Source: Octopus bimaculoides
Taxonomy: Eukaryota
Direction of reading: 5' to 3'
Assembly (NCBI RefSeq): GCF_001194135.2
Contig: NC_069000.1
Location: 47,526,567 to 47,585,882 of the forward strand
DNA: 59,316 nt
Numbering within the stretch: the first letter of the stretch is position 1; each line of letters begins with the position of its first letter. Positions 47,501 through 59,316 of this stretch are shown piece after piece. The position numbers and the translations under genes were made by a program. Under the pieces are notes generated by a model. It was not told the DNA's origin. It saw nothing but the letters and a program-made list of their open reading frames with translations, and searched no databases.

Positions 47501-50500
47501 TGTAATGGTATATCAATTTCAGAGAATTCTACATTTGCAGTTGGTCGCAACTACCACTAGGCAACTGTTTATCCTTCTGCCAAAGCAAAGGTAATCTCAA
47601 ATAAATCAAGAATTTATCTTGGATGCCATTTTATAAATCCTTATTCATTTTGAGCTATTTTAATAAATTTTTAATCATCACCTGTATCTCAAATATTACC
47701 ATTTTAACTCTTCTTCGTAAAAGATCTCTGAAACAAAATGACTGAAACTTTCAATATATTTATTTCTCAAAACCTTTACCTTCTCTTTTTTGCTGATTGG
47801 AAGTCTGACAAAGTTCTCTTCTTCATAACTGCAATGGAACAAAACCAAATGTCAATTACTTTAGAGTTTAGTCTTTGGAATTCAACATGTAAAATTGGAA
47901 TTTTTAATATTTCCTTAGACATTGTCCCTCTAAAATTCCAAAGTGGCACTGACCAGTGTGTAAATGTAACATTGTGTGCATATACAAATAATAAATAAGG
48001 AGTATGAAGTAGCATTTCATGAATTTTAATTTACATTTTTATTTAAATACAGCTTTATATATATATACATGCACCTGGTCAGTACCACGTTAAAAGCACC
48101 CAGAACACTCTGTAAAGTGGCTGACCTTAGGAACTGTCCAACCTAGCCGACATGAACATTAATTGATAATGATCACATATACACGATCATTATTTGTTTT
48201 AATATCTGCTTTCCTATGCTTGCATGGCTCCAGATTTTCTACAACCAGATTCCTTTCCTGTTGCCAACATTCACCTATTTGATGACGATGGTGGTCAAGG
48301 ACAAAGACGAAGTAGAAGCAGAAGAGGACAATTTCTGCTGTCACCAACATCATGTTGAGAGACAAACCATTAATGAGTATAAAAGGTATCACACTTTGGC
48401 TAAGTTTACCTTGTCTAATCCCACACTCTACAGATATGGAGAAACAGACTGAATAAGAGAAACCAGTGGTCACATGAAACACCTCAGCTTGTCAGCTTGT
48501 GCAATATGCCCCTCAACTTGGTATAGATACAGCTGTAACAATGGACTGTTCCAAGTTATTTGACTCTAGTAAAATCGCCACACAACCAGTTCACAGAAAT
48601 TTTGTGACCCCTAAACAGAGTATAGGCTGTAGTATCAACCACTTACCGTATTCTTTCTTTTGCTTCTTTATTTTCTTTAATTCTGTGTAAACTGTTACTT
48701 TCCTGGAATGGAGAGAAAATATTTGCTTTACAACAATGTCAAATGCTACAAAACCTGATAATTCAAACTGTTTCAGTGGTAGTTGTACAGCCTATGTTGG
48801 TACTGAACGGAGATTTCTGAATCAGATATATTAGACAGACCTTCCTTGTGTTGTTAACGTCAGACAAGGTAAGAAACCAATCCTTGACATAGCTACAAAA
48901 CACCAAATTCTTCACACACACACAAAGACTCTGCTTACCATATATTCCTCTGGTCCTTCATCATACTCTCGTTTCAGGTCCTGTAGCAGTGTACTGCCAA
49001 GAGCTCGTTTCTTTGCTCTCTCAATCAGTTTCTCTCGACGTTCTTCAGCAGTCATTTGACCTGGAAAATTAATTCATGAAATTTGAGTGGAGCAACTTAT
49101 TTAAATTTCATCTGACAAGTTAAATAAATAAATTTAACATGACAAAATAGGTAATTAAATCTGCTCTAACAAGTTAATTAGATTTGACCTGATTATTTTA
49201 ATAAGGCCCAATCAGTTATTCACAATGATCTCCCTGTACATGGGTAAATGAACCATTACACATACGTGTGTATTACTGGTACTGTCAGTCACGACAAGTG
49301 TTCCAAATGATCCAATCAACAGAACAGCCTGAGCACTCCCTTAACAGAGTTGCTCTCAGGGAGAGTCAGCATGGCACAGAATGTGACAACACGGGCCCTT
49401 TTGAATTACAGGTACAACTCAATTGTTGCCAGCTGAGTGGGCTGGAGCAATAAAGTGTCTCGCTCAAGGACACAACGTGCCACTAGGTATCAGAGTCACA
49501 ACCTTATGATCGTGAACCAAACCAAATACACGAACCATTAAGATACATACCTCAACTGTATGTGTGTGTGCGCATACACATGTAATTGTGCAGTAGTACA
49601 TACACGCAGACACTGAGATATATATATATGAGATAAAAGAGAGAGAAAATCAAACACAAACCACACTGGACAGCAGCCAATTTAGGAGGAACGTAGGGTT
49701 TTATATTATGATGTCCCGTTTCTTCTGGATTATTCTCATCGTCATCTTCATCTTCAAGCTAACAATATGAACAATATATACACACGGTCAAGATTCTATA
49801 CCCAATATGAACGATATACAGATCAATTATGAAAAGATGAAAATGATGAATATAGATGGGTTAAAAGAATTGGAAATTGGTATGAGAGTTGATTGCAGTA
49901 CACCTGTCTCTTGTAGAATCACTTGTCTCCCTATTATTAGACAGGGCAAGAAGAAGAGGTGGGGCCTAGTTATTGTAAGAACAACATAGAAACATGAAAA
50001 GTCAACGGAAGTGAAATTTAATTGTGATGTTGTTGATGTCTTACCTTTGGGATAAGATTCTCAGGTTTGGCTCGATATTCCAAAGCATCTGCAACACCTG
50101 AAAACAATATTACAATGCTGGTCATTGTTATGCATTTACTTTTTTAATTAATTCTTTATTTAAAAATTAATCTCTTCTAAATTTTCATTCATGGCATTTT
50201 ATTTCTGTTCCAAGTCTCTGCCTCTTTTATCATCACCATGTAACATGTGCGCATGGGAGTATGCACACATATATTTATGCATGTGTGTGTGTATATATAT
50301 ATATACATACATACATACACACACGAGAGACAGCTGTGCATTGGTCTGGAAATGTGAAGTAAATGGATGACAATGTGTGATGGGTGAATAAGTGTTGTGT
50401 GATGTAAGTGAAGGGAATCAGGGGATGAGAAAGATGTTGTTTAGCCCTAGGTCAGCCGTGACCCAGCAGACATTCCAGCCATCATTATCCTGTCCTATTC

Positions 50501-52221
50501 CTGGGAAGGGAACCCAGAACCATTTTAGGCTTTGATGAGAGAGGTTCTTTCAATGGCCCAATGAGCAAAATGTGTGAAGAGATGATGACACAAGAAATCA
50601 AAAATCTTGAGTAAAGAGGACAAAGGATGGGAAGTAGTAGTAATATCCTCCTGTATTACAGTTGCAATTCACCATTTGTTGTCATTATTGTTCTATATCT
50701 TCTCCAATTGATTTCAACACTGAGAAACAGACATCAACTGTTTTGATTCCAATCCATCCATGACTGCCCCCTCTCACTCTACAATAAAAACTTCCTGCTT
50801 TGAATTGTTCTAAATTTAAATCTTTCATCAAAATTTCAAATTATATTCCAAACATCAGCTTAGTGATGACAAAGTCTTCTTACTAAATCTTTCATTATTC
50901 TATACAAAAGAGGTGTATATTAACAGAAATATAGCAACAAAAAGATTAGAAATGTTGTTGCTGTTGTTGATGATGGTGGCTACCACACACATCACTTTCA
51001 GTGTTTTCAATGCTGTTTCACCTACAGAATTTTGGTTCAAAGCAGATCAAAGTTTATGTCCCTCTGAAGTTTGTGAGAGATAGAGTTGAACATAATGAAT
51101 TTCTGTTAAAAATTACAATTACACGTTCATGATAACTTATAATAAATCAAAATAATTCATATTATAACCACTAACCTTTGCCTGTTACAGCTGACTGAAC
51201 GACTTTGTCGATTTGATACTTGAGTTTATTGTCAATGGGTAAAATCTTCTCCCATACCTAATATTATACAAAAGAACAGAAGGAATCATGGAACAGGATA
51301 ATAATAATAATAATAATATTTCCTACTATAGGCACAAGGCCTGATTTATTAAATATTTTTCACAGAAGGTAGTAGTCAATTATACTGACTCCCCCACCCC
51401 ACCCCTGGACTGGTAATCATTTTACTGACCGTGAAATAATGAAAGGCAAATTCAACTTTGGTGGGATTTGAACTCAGAATGTAAATAGCCACAAGAAATG
51501 CCACTAAGCATCTTATTTGGTGTGCTAATGATTTTGGTAGCTCACTGCCTCGTTAATGAGATAGCTTGGCTGTGAATACTGTTGGGACAATATTGAAAGA
51601 TATTGAGAAGAATATAAAGGGAATGAGAATAGAGTGTCCAGAGGAGCTGTTGCAGCATGGCCAGAGGGGCAAATCGATTATATTGACCCCAGTACTTGAC
51701 TGGTACTCATTTTAGCAACTCCAAAAGGATGAAAGGTAAAGAGTCAACCTCAAGCAGAATTTGAACTCAGAATGTAATAAAGATGGATAAAATGCTACTT
51801 AAGCATTTTGTCTTGAGTGAACTTCGAGTTCTGCCAGCATTTGCTGCTGCTGCTTCTTCAACAACAGCAGCAGCAGATTCAGATTTAGGCAGAAGCCAGG
51901 AATTTTGAGAGTAAGGGTAAGTAGTGAACGGAATCATTTGTTACCAAACCTTCCTGAGAGAAATGGCATTGACTCACTCACAATTCTGTTCTCCACAAGT
52001 CTTTGAACTGCTTCATTCTTTTGCAAAGTATTTCCTTCTGCCTTCTCCAAAAGAAGGAGAGACAAATCTGTGATATAGTTCAATAAAATGTTGCACTTCA
52101 CTGTTAGAAATCCAATTCCCTGCAATTAGAAAAATAGATTAAATTAAAAAACCCTCTTTTCAAACATAAATCCTCACTATTATCACCATTGCCGCTGCCA
52201 CCACCACCACCACCACCACCA

Positions 52222-52266
<45 letters not shown>

Positions 52267-54335
52267 AGAGAGAGAGAGAGAGACAAAATTACAATATATT
52301 TCTAAGATTTAAAATACACATTATAGTTCCCTTGTGGCTGAAATAAGCCAAAACATAAGCAAGATTTGACACCAGTATATTATCAGTATGTCACTAATAT
52401 TTTGGTTCAATTAAAACACATCAGTAATTTACTACCTTAACAACTGTTGGTATGCTACTAATACTAAGGTAACAGGAAAAGTGACAAGTTTGCTTTTGTT
52501 TTTTTATTGCTTAATGAGAAGGGCTGCTCCTGCGAGTCTTTTCAAATCCTCAAAAGACAGAAGACCAGATATTTTATCCCAATATTTTGCAACAGTATAG
52601 ACTATGTGAAAGACAGCCAAAGGAGGATGTGGTGATGTTAAACCAGTTGAAGGATTATGGCTGCCAGGCCACAACCTCAATAACAATCTCTTCAATGGAT
52701 TCTTACAGTTTCTGTTGACCAAATGTCATTTTTGAGACGTGCTGCTAATGGATGAAAGCCAAAACCATATTACTGTGAAGTGAATCACTTAACCACACAG
52801 CCATATCTATACCCCATCGTTGCTGGAATACTGACCGTGGGGTTACAAGTTCAAATTTCATTACAGTCTACAAGATTGACAAAATAACTTCCATTCTTAC
52901 TTCATGATCCAAAAGTTTCAAACACAAGACAAACATTTATGTTAACAATAAAAAATAAATGCAAAACAGTAAAATAGAAAAAAAAAAAAAAACAGGAAAA
53001 CAATTGAAACTTACATCAGAAATATTGAAATCTTCTGAATTGACTTTTTGGATTAGAGATTTGAAGAATTTGTTTGTCTCATGGATTGAATTAGGGAGTT
53101 TCTCCAACATATTTAAGGCATCGGGTAAATCTTTCTGTATCACATCCATCTGTATAATTAAAAAGACAAACACTGAAGACATTTTCCCTTGAACCTTAGA
53201 AATGAACCAGACATCTCTCATACACATATCAACATCACATTCTCAAAAACAACTACAAAGTAAATATCATCATCATGACCATCATTTAATGTTCACTTTT
53301 CAAGGCTTGCATGGGTCAGACAGAATTCATTGAGGCAGATTTTCTACAGCCGGATACAATTTCTGAACATGGTAATATTTCCCCATGGCTGGATATATTT
53401 CCAAGGAAGATTGGAAATACAGGACATTACTTGTGATGGTGGTGCTTGTTTACAGCTGATGTATACCAAGAGATAGAAGTAGACACACGCGCACACGACA
53501 GGTTTCTTTCAGTTTCCATCGACCATATCTACCAAAGCAAAGTGACACGTTTTCGAGAGTGTAGATTACGCAAAATTGAAATTTCAAAAATATAAACCTT
53601 CAAAGTGAAAAATGCTGAAGTTATGGAAATGACGGAAACGAAATTGGCACCGGTGGGAGAAAGAACCAAAACTCGTCCCAACTTTTTTCCCCACCTCGAA
53701 ATTTTGTAATAATATAATATATTTGTGATCAACATCCTTGAAAACGTATTTCTGCAATATGTAATTTAAAAAACAAAACAATCAATTTAAAGTCGAGGTG
53801 TCACCAATCTTATTTCTTTATTGCTCACAATCTGTTGGTACACCAGATTCTGGTTTGTCTATATTTGAGTTTAAAGAAAGATGAATTGATCGGGGATATC
53901 TTTCAGAGACTCTGTCCTTTCCGTCCACCAAACCATGTGTGTGTGTATCTTTGTAGAGCGAACCATTGCGTGACTTACAGTTGCGGCTGAATGAAATAGA
54001 ACTTGCGGCTTTTATGTTCATTTGTTTTAAAGAGAATGAACTGATTTCAACAAATTAAGTCTTCAAGGAAACAGTTATGAACACATTAAAACAATGTGAT
54101 TGTTTAAAAATGTAAGCGTGAAGGAGAAGATCACGTTTTAACAACGAATTGGATGTTTAAGACGTAAATTCTAAAGAATAAACTTAACAGGAAGAGAAAA
54201 CACGGCCAACAATTGAATATACTAGTATTTATAGAGAGGAGAACAATTCAGGCAAGAAATAAAACTGACTTTTGGGAGTTTATATGAAAAATATTTAAAA
54301 GAGGAAAAACTCACCGAAATCGTGGAAGAAACCAT
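44497..54335 (-). CDS. NGDN: Neuroguidin (Lcp5/Sas10-Utp3-C1D family), complete spliced CDS, 308 aa
   Basis: complement(join(44497..44522,45685..45703,46246..46278,46869..46964,47780..47828,48647..48702,48939..49060,49662..49758,50045..50097,51176..51257,51982..52119,53015..53149,54315..54335)) = 927 nt. All junctions GT-AG with consistent phases. Motifs PIDNKLKYQIDK, YVPPKL, ERAKKRAL...LKREYDEGPEE, YEEENFVRL, basic tail GKGKKKGFKKKRKL*. AATAAA about 15 nt after the stop. Confidence 0.9.
45685..45703 (-). CDS. NGDN: NGDN exon 12 (19-nt microexon)
   Basis: cttgcag|GKGKKK-G|GTGAGC; supplies the phase-1 junction needed by the last exon. Confidence 0.75.
46246..46278 (-). CDS. NGDN: NGDN exon 11 (33 nt)
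   Basis: ctttag|DEPSKKKKKMK|GTATGT. Confidence 0.75.
46869..46964 (-). CDS. NGDN: NGDN exon 10
   Basis: ttacag|MASRRLTTSASLGQLANFENINVLYDENDFHL|GTAAGA. Confidence 0.8.
47780..47828 (-). CDS. NGDN: NGDN exon 9
   Basis: ttgcag|YEEENFVRLPISKKEK|GTAAAG. Confidence 0.9.
48647..48702 (-). CDS. NGDN: NGDN exon 8
   Basis: ttccag|ESNSLHRIKENKEAKERI(R)|GTAAGT; supplies the required phase-2 end. Confidence 0.85.
48939..49060 (-). CDS. NGDN: NGDN exon 7
   Basis: ttccag|(G)QMTAEERREKLIERAKKRALGSTLLQDLKREYDEGPEEYM|GTAAGC. Confidence 0.92.
49662..49758 (-). CDS. NGDN: NGDN exon 6
   Basis: gttag|LEDEDDDENNPEETGHHNIKPYVPPKLAAVQC|GTTTGT (weak donor). Confidence 0.8.
50045..50097 (-). CDS. NGDN: NGDN exon 5
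   Basis: tttcag|(G)VADALEYRAKPENLIPK|GTAAG. Confidence 0.85.
51176..51257 (-). CDS. NGDN: NGDN exon 4
   Basis: ttag|VWEKILPIDNKLKYQIDKVVQSAVTGK|GTTAGT. Confidence 0.92.
51982..52119 (-). CDS. NGDN: NGDN exon 3
   Basis: ttgcag|GIGFLTVKCNILLNYITDL...AVQRLVENRI|GTGAGT. Confidence 0.9.
52195..52285. repeat. Compound microsatellite (CCA)n(TA)n(GA)n
   Basis: Direct observation; about 75 nt upstream of the NGDN exon 3 acceptor. Confidence 0.95.
53015..53149 (-). CDS. NGDN: NGDN exon 2
   Basis: tatacag|MDVIQKDLPDALNMLEKL...FNISD|GTAAGT. Confidence 0.85.
54315..54335 (-). CDS. NGDN: NGDN exon 1 (MVSSTIS)
   Basis: ccaacATGG context, donor TCG|GTGAGT, phase 0; assignment by position and splice signal only. 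Confidence 0.6.
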
Positions 54336-55039
54336 GTTGGATGTTAAAGGGAAGTAACTCTGAATATAATGAGGCCGCTTACGACCTTTACTTCGCACCT
54401 GTTGTAGTTTAGCTTTAAGTCAAGCCAGACTGTGTTCAATGTCTCCGTTTTAAGTACGATTTGTTTGGTAGGAATGGGCTACTGTTTCTAGTAAGTCGAG
54501 CAATTAACTCGTAAGATATTATGGTGTGATTGGCTGTTCTTATTAGCAAGTCAAATAACCATGTGGCGGCTCCCTACGGACACCCGAGTCAGAACAAAAA
54601 GGCTTCATTTCCTTCCTCTCAGTAATTATTGTCTCGGAAGTATTTTATTTCTAAACGCTTTCTATTTCCACCACAGCCTAGCTTGGTGTTTACCTGCTAG
54701 AAATAGCAGCCAAATGCCGTTGAAATAAGACACGACTGTTTTTTTTTAAAAGGGATACATTTTAGATATTGTGGGATTGTATTTACTACACATAGGGAAA
54801 GGCGGGATTGTCACGGTTGCAATATCTATGATTACAGAGAGGTTTGCTTAACTTTCTATTTCTGATTTAGCTGAAACTTTGTTTAAGGGTTAGTTTAAAC
54901 ACCAGTTACATTGATTTGAAGCCAAAATACATTCTTAAATAAAACCAGGTGCCATATGGCACCGCTAGCATAATGAGGGTATAAAAATACAACTGTGGTA
55001 ATTTTTTCCATTTTGTTCAGTAATCAAATGTAGATGTTC

Positions 55040-55905
55040 TTCTTTCACAGCAATGCAAATTACAAAAAGGATGTGCGAAGCAACCAGTATTCAGGCGACA
55101 AGAAAGCCCATGGAGGCCTGTAGTTGAGGAGCCTGCCACAACGACAGATCAAATCCGTGCATACGCCAGTTCCCACTCTGAGGGCAATGGAGACATGAAG
55201 TTCGTCCAAGCTGAGTAGGCCACCAACATTAGCCACAAGGATGGCATCAATCCAGTCACCTGAGTATTTGGCGCTAGCAGACAGTAAGCAGTACCTTAAA
55301 AACTGGTCCAACTGGACGAAGAGGGAGTCGAAGGTAGCCTTCGAAATTATGTTGTCCCAAGCTCTCTGACTCCAGCAGTCCACCTTCTCAGGAGCAGACA
55401 AGCCCAATTCCCACCAGTGTTGGAGAGCTTCATCCAACTCCCAGTTGGAACTGGTCCATGTTGGAGAAGAGAGGATGTTTCTCACCAGGGTGGAGGAAAG
55501 AAAGCAGGGGAGAGAGAGGGACGAGCACTTACGAAGACCAAGACCTCCAAATCGCTTGGCCAATGCAGCCTGGTTGCAGGATGTTGGAGAGATTCTGACA
55601 TTGACTGACCATTCAAGTCTTTCAAAGATTAGGTTGCTGATGCATTGGAGGCACAATGGGAATCGGTAAGATGAGCTGACTCTGAGTAAATATAGAAGTT
55701 TAGGGATCGAGAGGTAATTCCTAAGTATGAAAAAACCTTGATGGGGTTTGATAACTTTAATATTTTTCAGCAATTTCTCAAGGGCAGCCACCTTCAACTG
55801 GAAGATGGACTCAAAGGCAAGGTCAGTGATTGGAGCCCCTAGGGAGTACCAAGCTGATGGGGGAGGGGCTGCAATGGAAGGGAAGGACTCTGCAAAAAGG
55901 TCAAT
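55040..55905 (-). mobile_element. CRE-like (restriction-like-endonuclease) non-LTR retrotransposon fragment
   Basis: SLGAPI...QAALAKRFGGLGLR...SGDWIDAI...IALRVG...CRCG resembles the post-RT thumb and zinc-knuckle region of CRE/RLE-type LINEs; truncated at both ends. Confidence 0.7.
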
Positions 55906-56369
55906 AGTTGGTTGATGTTGAGAAGCCAGGTGGTTTAGGATCCATGTTCAAACACAGCAAACACATGGCATACTATATTGGCATAATTCTATCATTTCGA
56001 CACATAAATGGAATTTGTGTTGGGAGAATCTTAGGAATCCTGTTGCCAAATATAACAAAGACTTTTATAATTTCCTATGACAAAAGGAAAAATATTTTTT
56101 TCTTTTTCAGAATGGCACCACTGAGAAGTTGTTGCTCAAAACCTCAGAGAAAATTCCTTCTAAATCTGAAGAACAATGATGGTGGAAAAGTATAGTAACC
56201 AGAGAAAGAATAGGTTCATAAAAGATCAGAATGGATTCCTAAAAGATACTTCCACTGTTGGCAACAAAGGTTTTGTTTTTCTTCTCAGAGTCTAGATTGT
56301 ACGACCTTTGTGTTAGAACTGTTGTGTTGGATAATAGTGTGATGTGGGCCTTGAGTGCAGAAAATAGAA

Positions 56370-56490
56370 CCAAGAAAAACTTGGTGGGAAATGCTGAAGG
56401 CTGAAGATGCTGTACCTGACAGAAGAGATGACAAAGGACCACAATGGTTGATGATATACTGTAGAAGACCCGCCCCTACCCACTGGCAAC
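56370..56490 (+). mobile_element. RTE LINE extreme 3' fragment
   Basis: RTKKTWWEMLKAE and YLTEEMTKD in adjacent frames. Confidence 0.5.
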
Positions 56491-57419
56491 TAGTTCTATA
56501 ACTCAAGGGTGGTGTTTAGGGGTAGTAATAATATTTGTACCCTACCATGCCAACATTTGCTGCCTCTTCCCTTACATCCTTGATCACCACCCCCCAATCT
56601 ACATATTGCTCCCTCCTTGCCTTTTTTGTCCATCTCAACACTCATAACCATTCATCTCTCATGACTCCACCATCCATGTATAGACCTATATGTACATATA
56701 TTAAATGCTACACCAGCCCACTACCACCCTCCACTATAACTTCTCTGTTCTCTGCTGCCAGCCAAGCATGCCTTCTCTCCTCTGAATCACATGTATAGCT
56801 ATTCCTAACCTTTTGCTATTGTCAGCCATTCCACTTTCTTCTCACACCCCTCTGATTTCATTCAAACCTTTTCTATCAGGCCCTTCTTTCTCTTTTCACC
56901 CACAACTCTTCCCTTTGACCACCTCTGTCATTACCAAACACCCTTGCCCTCCACACACCACCTCTACATATTCTTGCTTCTTGCCCTCTTACCCTTGTTA
57001 CCACACCTATTCTGGTCCTTCTGATGTTATTGTGCTTTCTCTCCAATTCCCCTCCTGGGTCCTCTTATTTATTGAAAATCCTCTATACCCCTGTTCTCAC
57101 CTCTCAAGCATTTCTAGCTTTTCCACCATCATTGTTTCCTTTCCAAATTTGCATTCTCTGTAGAAGGCCCTATTGTTCACTGTAAAGTTGTTGCCTAAAT
57201 GAGCAAAGTGTAGGGTTATGAAGTCCCTAGAGTCCTGTTTCACCTGCAACCATTCAACCTCTCTAGTGCTGATGTCACCAGAAAATTCAAAATTATTCCT
57301 TTGTTTATAAAAATAGCATCAATATCAACAGTTTTTTAGTTTCTTCCTTGTGTGTGTGTTTTTGTAGATAACAGGATATAAAACACAATAGTGAACATGT
57401 GACACTGCTTAATATATTA

Positions 57420-57645
57420 TCTAATGTTGCCAGTACCACCTGACTGGCCTTCGTGCCGGTGGCATGCAAAAGCACCCACTACACTCTCGGAGTGGTTGGC
57501 GTTAGGAAGGGCATCCAGCTGTAGAAACTCTGCCAAATCAGATTGGAGCCTGGTGCAGCCGTCTGGTTTGCTAGTCCTCAGTCAAATCGTCCAACCCATG
57601 CTAGCATGGAAGGCGGACATTAAACGATGATGATGATGATGATGT
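57420..57645 (+). mobile_element. SINE with (ATG)n tail
   Basis: Near-identical to 16300-16500. Confidence 0.8.
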
Positions 57646-58914
57646 AGCATATTGACCACATCCTCAGATAAACCATCACTCATACACATACATGCATATT
57701 TGCACATTTTGTTATATCAAATGAAATGACTTTTTTCTATCTTGCAGTAGCAGTAGTGGTGCCAGTGATGTGACAGGTGGAAAATTGACGTACAGTGGAC
57801 ATATAGTAGTCAGGGATGCTGATGATGATGGAAGAGAAGGAGGGGCGGCAAGGGAAGGGGTTCTGAGAAGAGAGATAAACAAACAAAGGAATGGAATTAT
57901 GTGCAGTTCTGTTTCCATAGCAGCAGCTGAGAAATAGTGCCATAGTTAGAGGCGGGAGGGGTGGATGTTACTGAGAAGGTTCAACGGGCACAGACTGGGT
58001 AGGAAGCAGGTGTGCATAAGATGGGGTTAAAAAAATAAAACAATCAATCAATCTCCAACACAGACATATCAGAATCTTGTTTGTTTATTTGCTTTAAATA
58101 AAAACATTTGTTGTTATAATTTAGATACAACTTCAACAGAGTGATTAATTTCATCCTTCACAAAAGAATGCCACCACCAGACCATTCCATTCTCTGAAAG
58201 ACACAAAAAGAAGATAATTGGTCAGTAAACCCAACATGGCTGAAGCAGTAGCAGAACCCGTAGGTGTGTCTGAGTAAAAACAAATTATATTAGAGCACAA
58301 ACTCATAGTACATTACAATAACACCAGAATGAAAAAACTTTCTCAAATAAAACCACAAATGCACAAGTAGCACACACACACACACAGGTGGATGGACAGA
58401 CATAAACAGATGGATGTGTGTGTGTGTATGTATACACACATATGCATATGTGTGATTAAGTGACTGGATGATTTCCTAACGATGCTGCAAATAGTCAATT
58501 GCCTCCAAGAACCTCGGTCACTTTTCATTCCATGCACCATACATGACCATAGCCTCCAATGAGACTGTTGTGTCTTATCCATGAAGTGTGCAAGAGGGCT
58601 TCAGGGAAATGGTTTTTGTTCATCAGTCAAAGCTGATTCGGGTGTCTTTGCAGGGGCAACTGCTGCAGTTATGTTGCCTTTGACTAGTCTAAGTATAATT
58701 ATTGTCATATCATTTCAAATTCTCTGTAGCTCTGTTTGAGGCAGTCCTCTCTTCTAGCAAACATATGTGTGTGTGTGTGTGTGTCTGTTAACTTTTTGCA
58801 AACTAAATAACTTAAGACAATTCCATTAAATTCTTGTTTCCACAGAACTCACATCTCACCATTCACCTCATTATCATGGCGTCACTGTTTCATTCCTCAA
58901 AGGAATAAAACAAC

Positions 58915-59316
58915 GGAAGAGGTAGTCATCATCATCATCGTCGTCATTTAACATCCACTCTCCATGCTGGTATGGGTTAGGTAGTTTGACTGGAATGGAT
59001 GAGCAGGAGAGCTGCCCCCAGGTTCCCGTCTGATTTGGTATGGTTTCTACAGCTGGATGCCCTTCCAAATGTCAACCACTCCAGGAGTGTAATGGGTGCT
59101 TTTATGTGCCACCAGTACAGCTGCCATTTCCATGACACTGGCAACAACTAAGATTCATAGGTGCCACTTACATGGCACCAGCAACAACCACAATTACAAT
59201 GCATGGCTGCCATTTACATGACACTGGCAACAACTAAGATTCATAGGTGCCACTTACATGGCACCAGCAACAACCACAATTACAATGCATGGCTGCCATT
59301 TACATGACACTGGCAT
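58915..59316 (-). mobile_element. SINE with internal 86-bp tandem repeat
   Basis: (CAT)n tail at about 58925; ctgccattt recurs at 59121, 59207 and 59293 (period 86). Confidence 0.8.

Noticed and set aside
47365-47510. Intronic H/ACA or C/D snoRNA in NGDN intron 9
   Set aside because: A stem (ctgcc..agtcag / ttgactggcag) and an ACA exist, but box spacing does not fit. An Infernal/snoReport search would settle it.
57745-57945. Plus-strand acceptor followed by a roughly 60-codon open frame
   Set aside because: Low-complexity purine-rich sequence with no recognisable homology and no partner exons.

Overview
Eukaryotic, AT-rich, SINE- and microsatellite-dense genomic DNA with four N-gaps. The SINE families look like those of Octopus (inference). 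Four protein-coding genes are supported. On the + strand are two adjacent genes whose coding sequence is (almost) one exon each: a TTC22/IFIT-like TPR protein with a C-terminal TIR-like domain (6513-8690) and, 1.6 kb downstream, a SAM-less SAMHD1-type HD-domain dNTP triphosphohydrolase (10287-11642). On the - strand are a BMP-type R-Smad (Smad1/5; 5 coding exons, 465 aa) and neuroguidin (NGDN; 13 coding exons, 308 aa), both reconstructed by hand with GT-AG junctions and consistent phases. The rest is transposon debris: Helitron ends, RTE, CR1-like and CRE-like LINE pieces, maT and mariner remnants, SINEs, and an ultra-short GG-terminated hairpin element with 8-bp target-site duplications (TSDs). 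The best candidate for an undescribed system is the TPR-TIR + SAMHD1 pair, a possible antiviral sensor/effector cassette. All family assignments rest on motif recognition and recalled reference sequences, not database searches.
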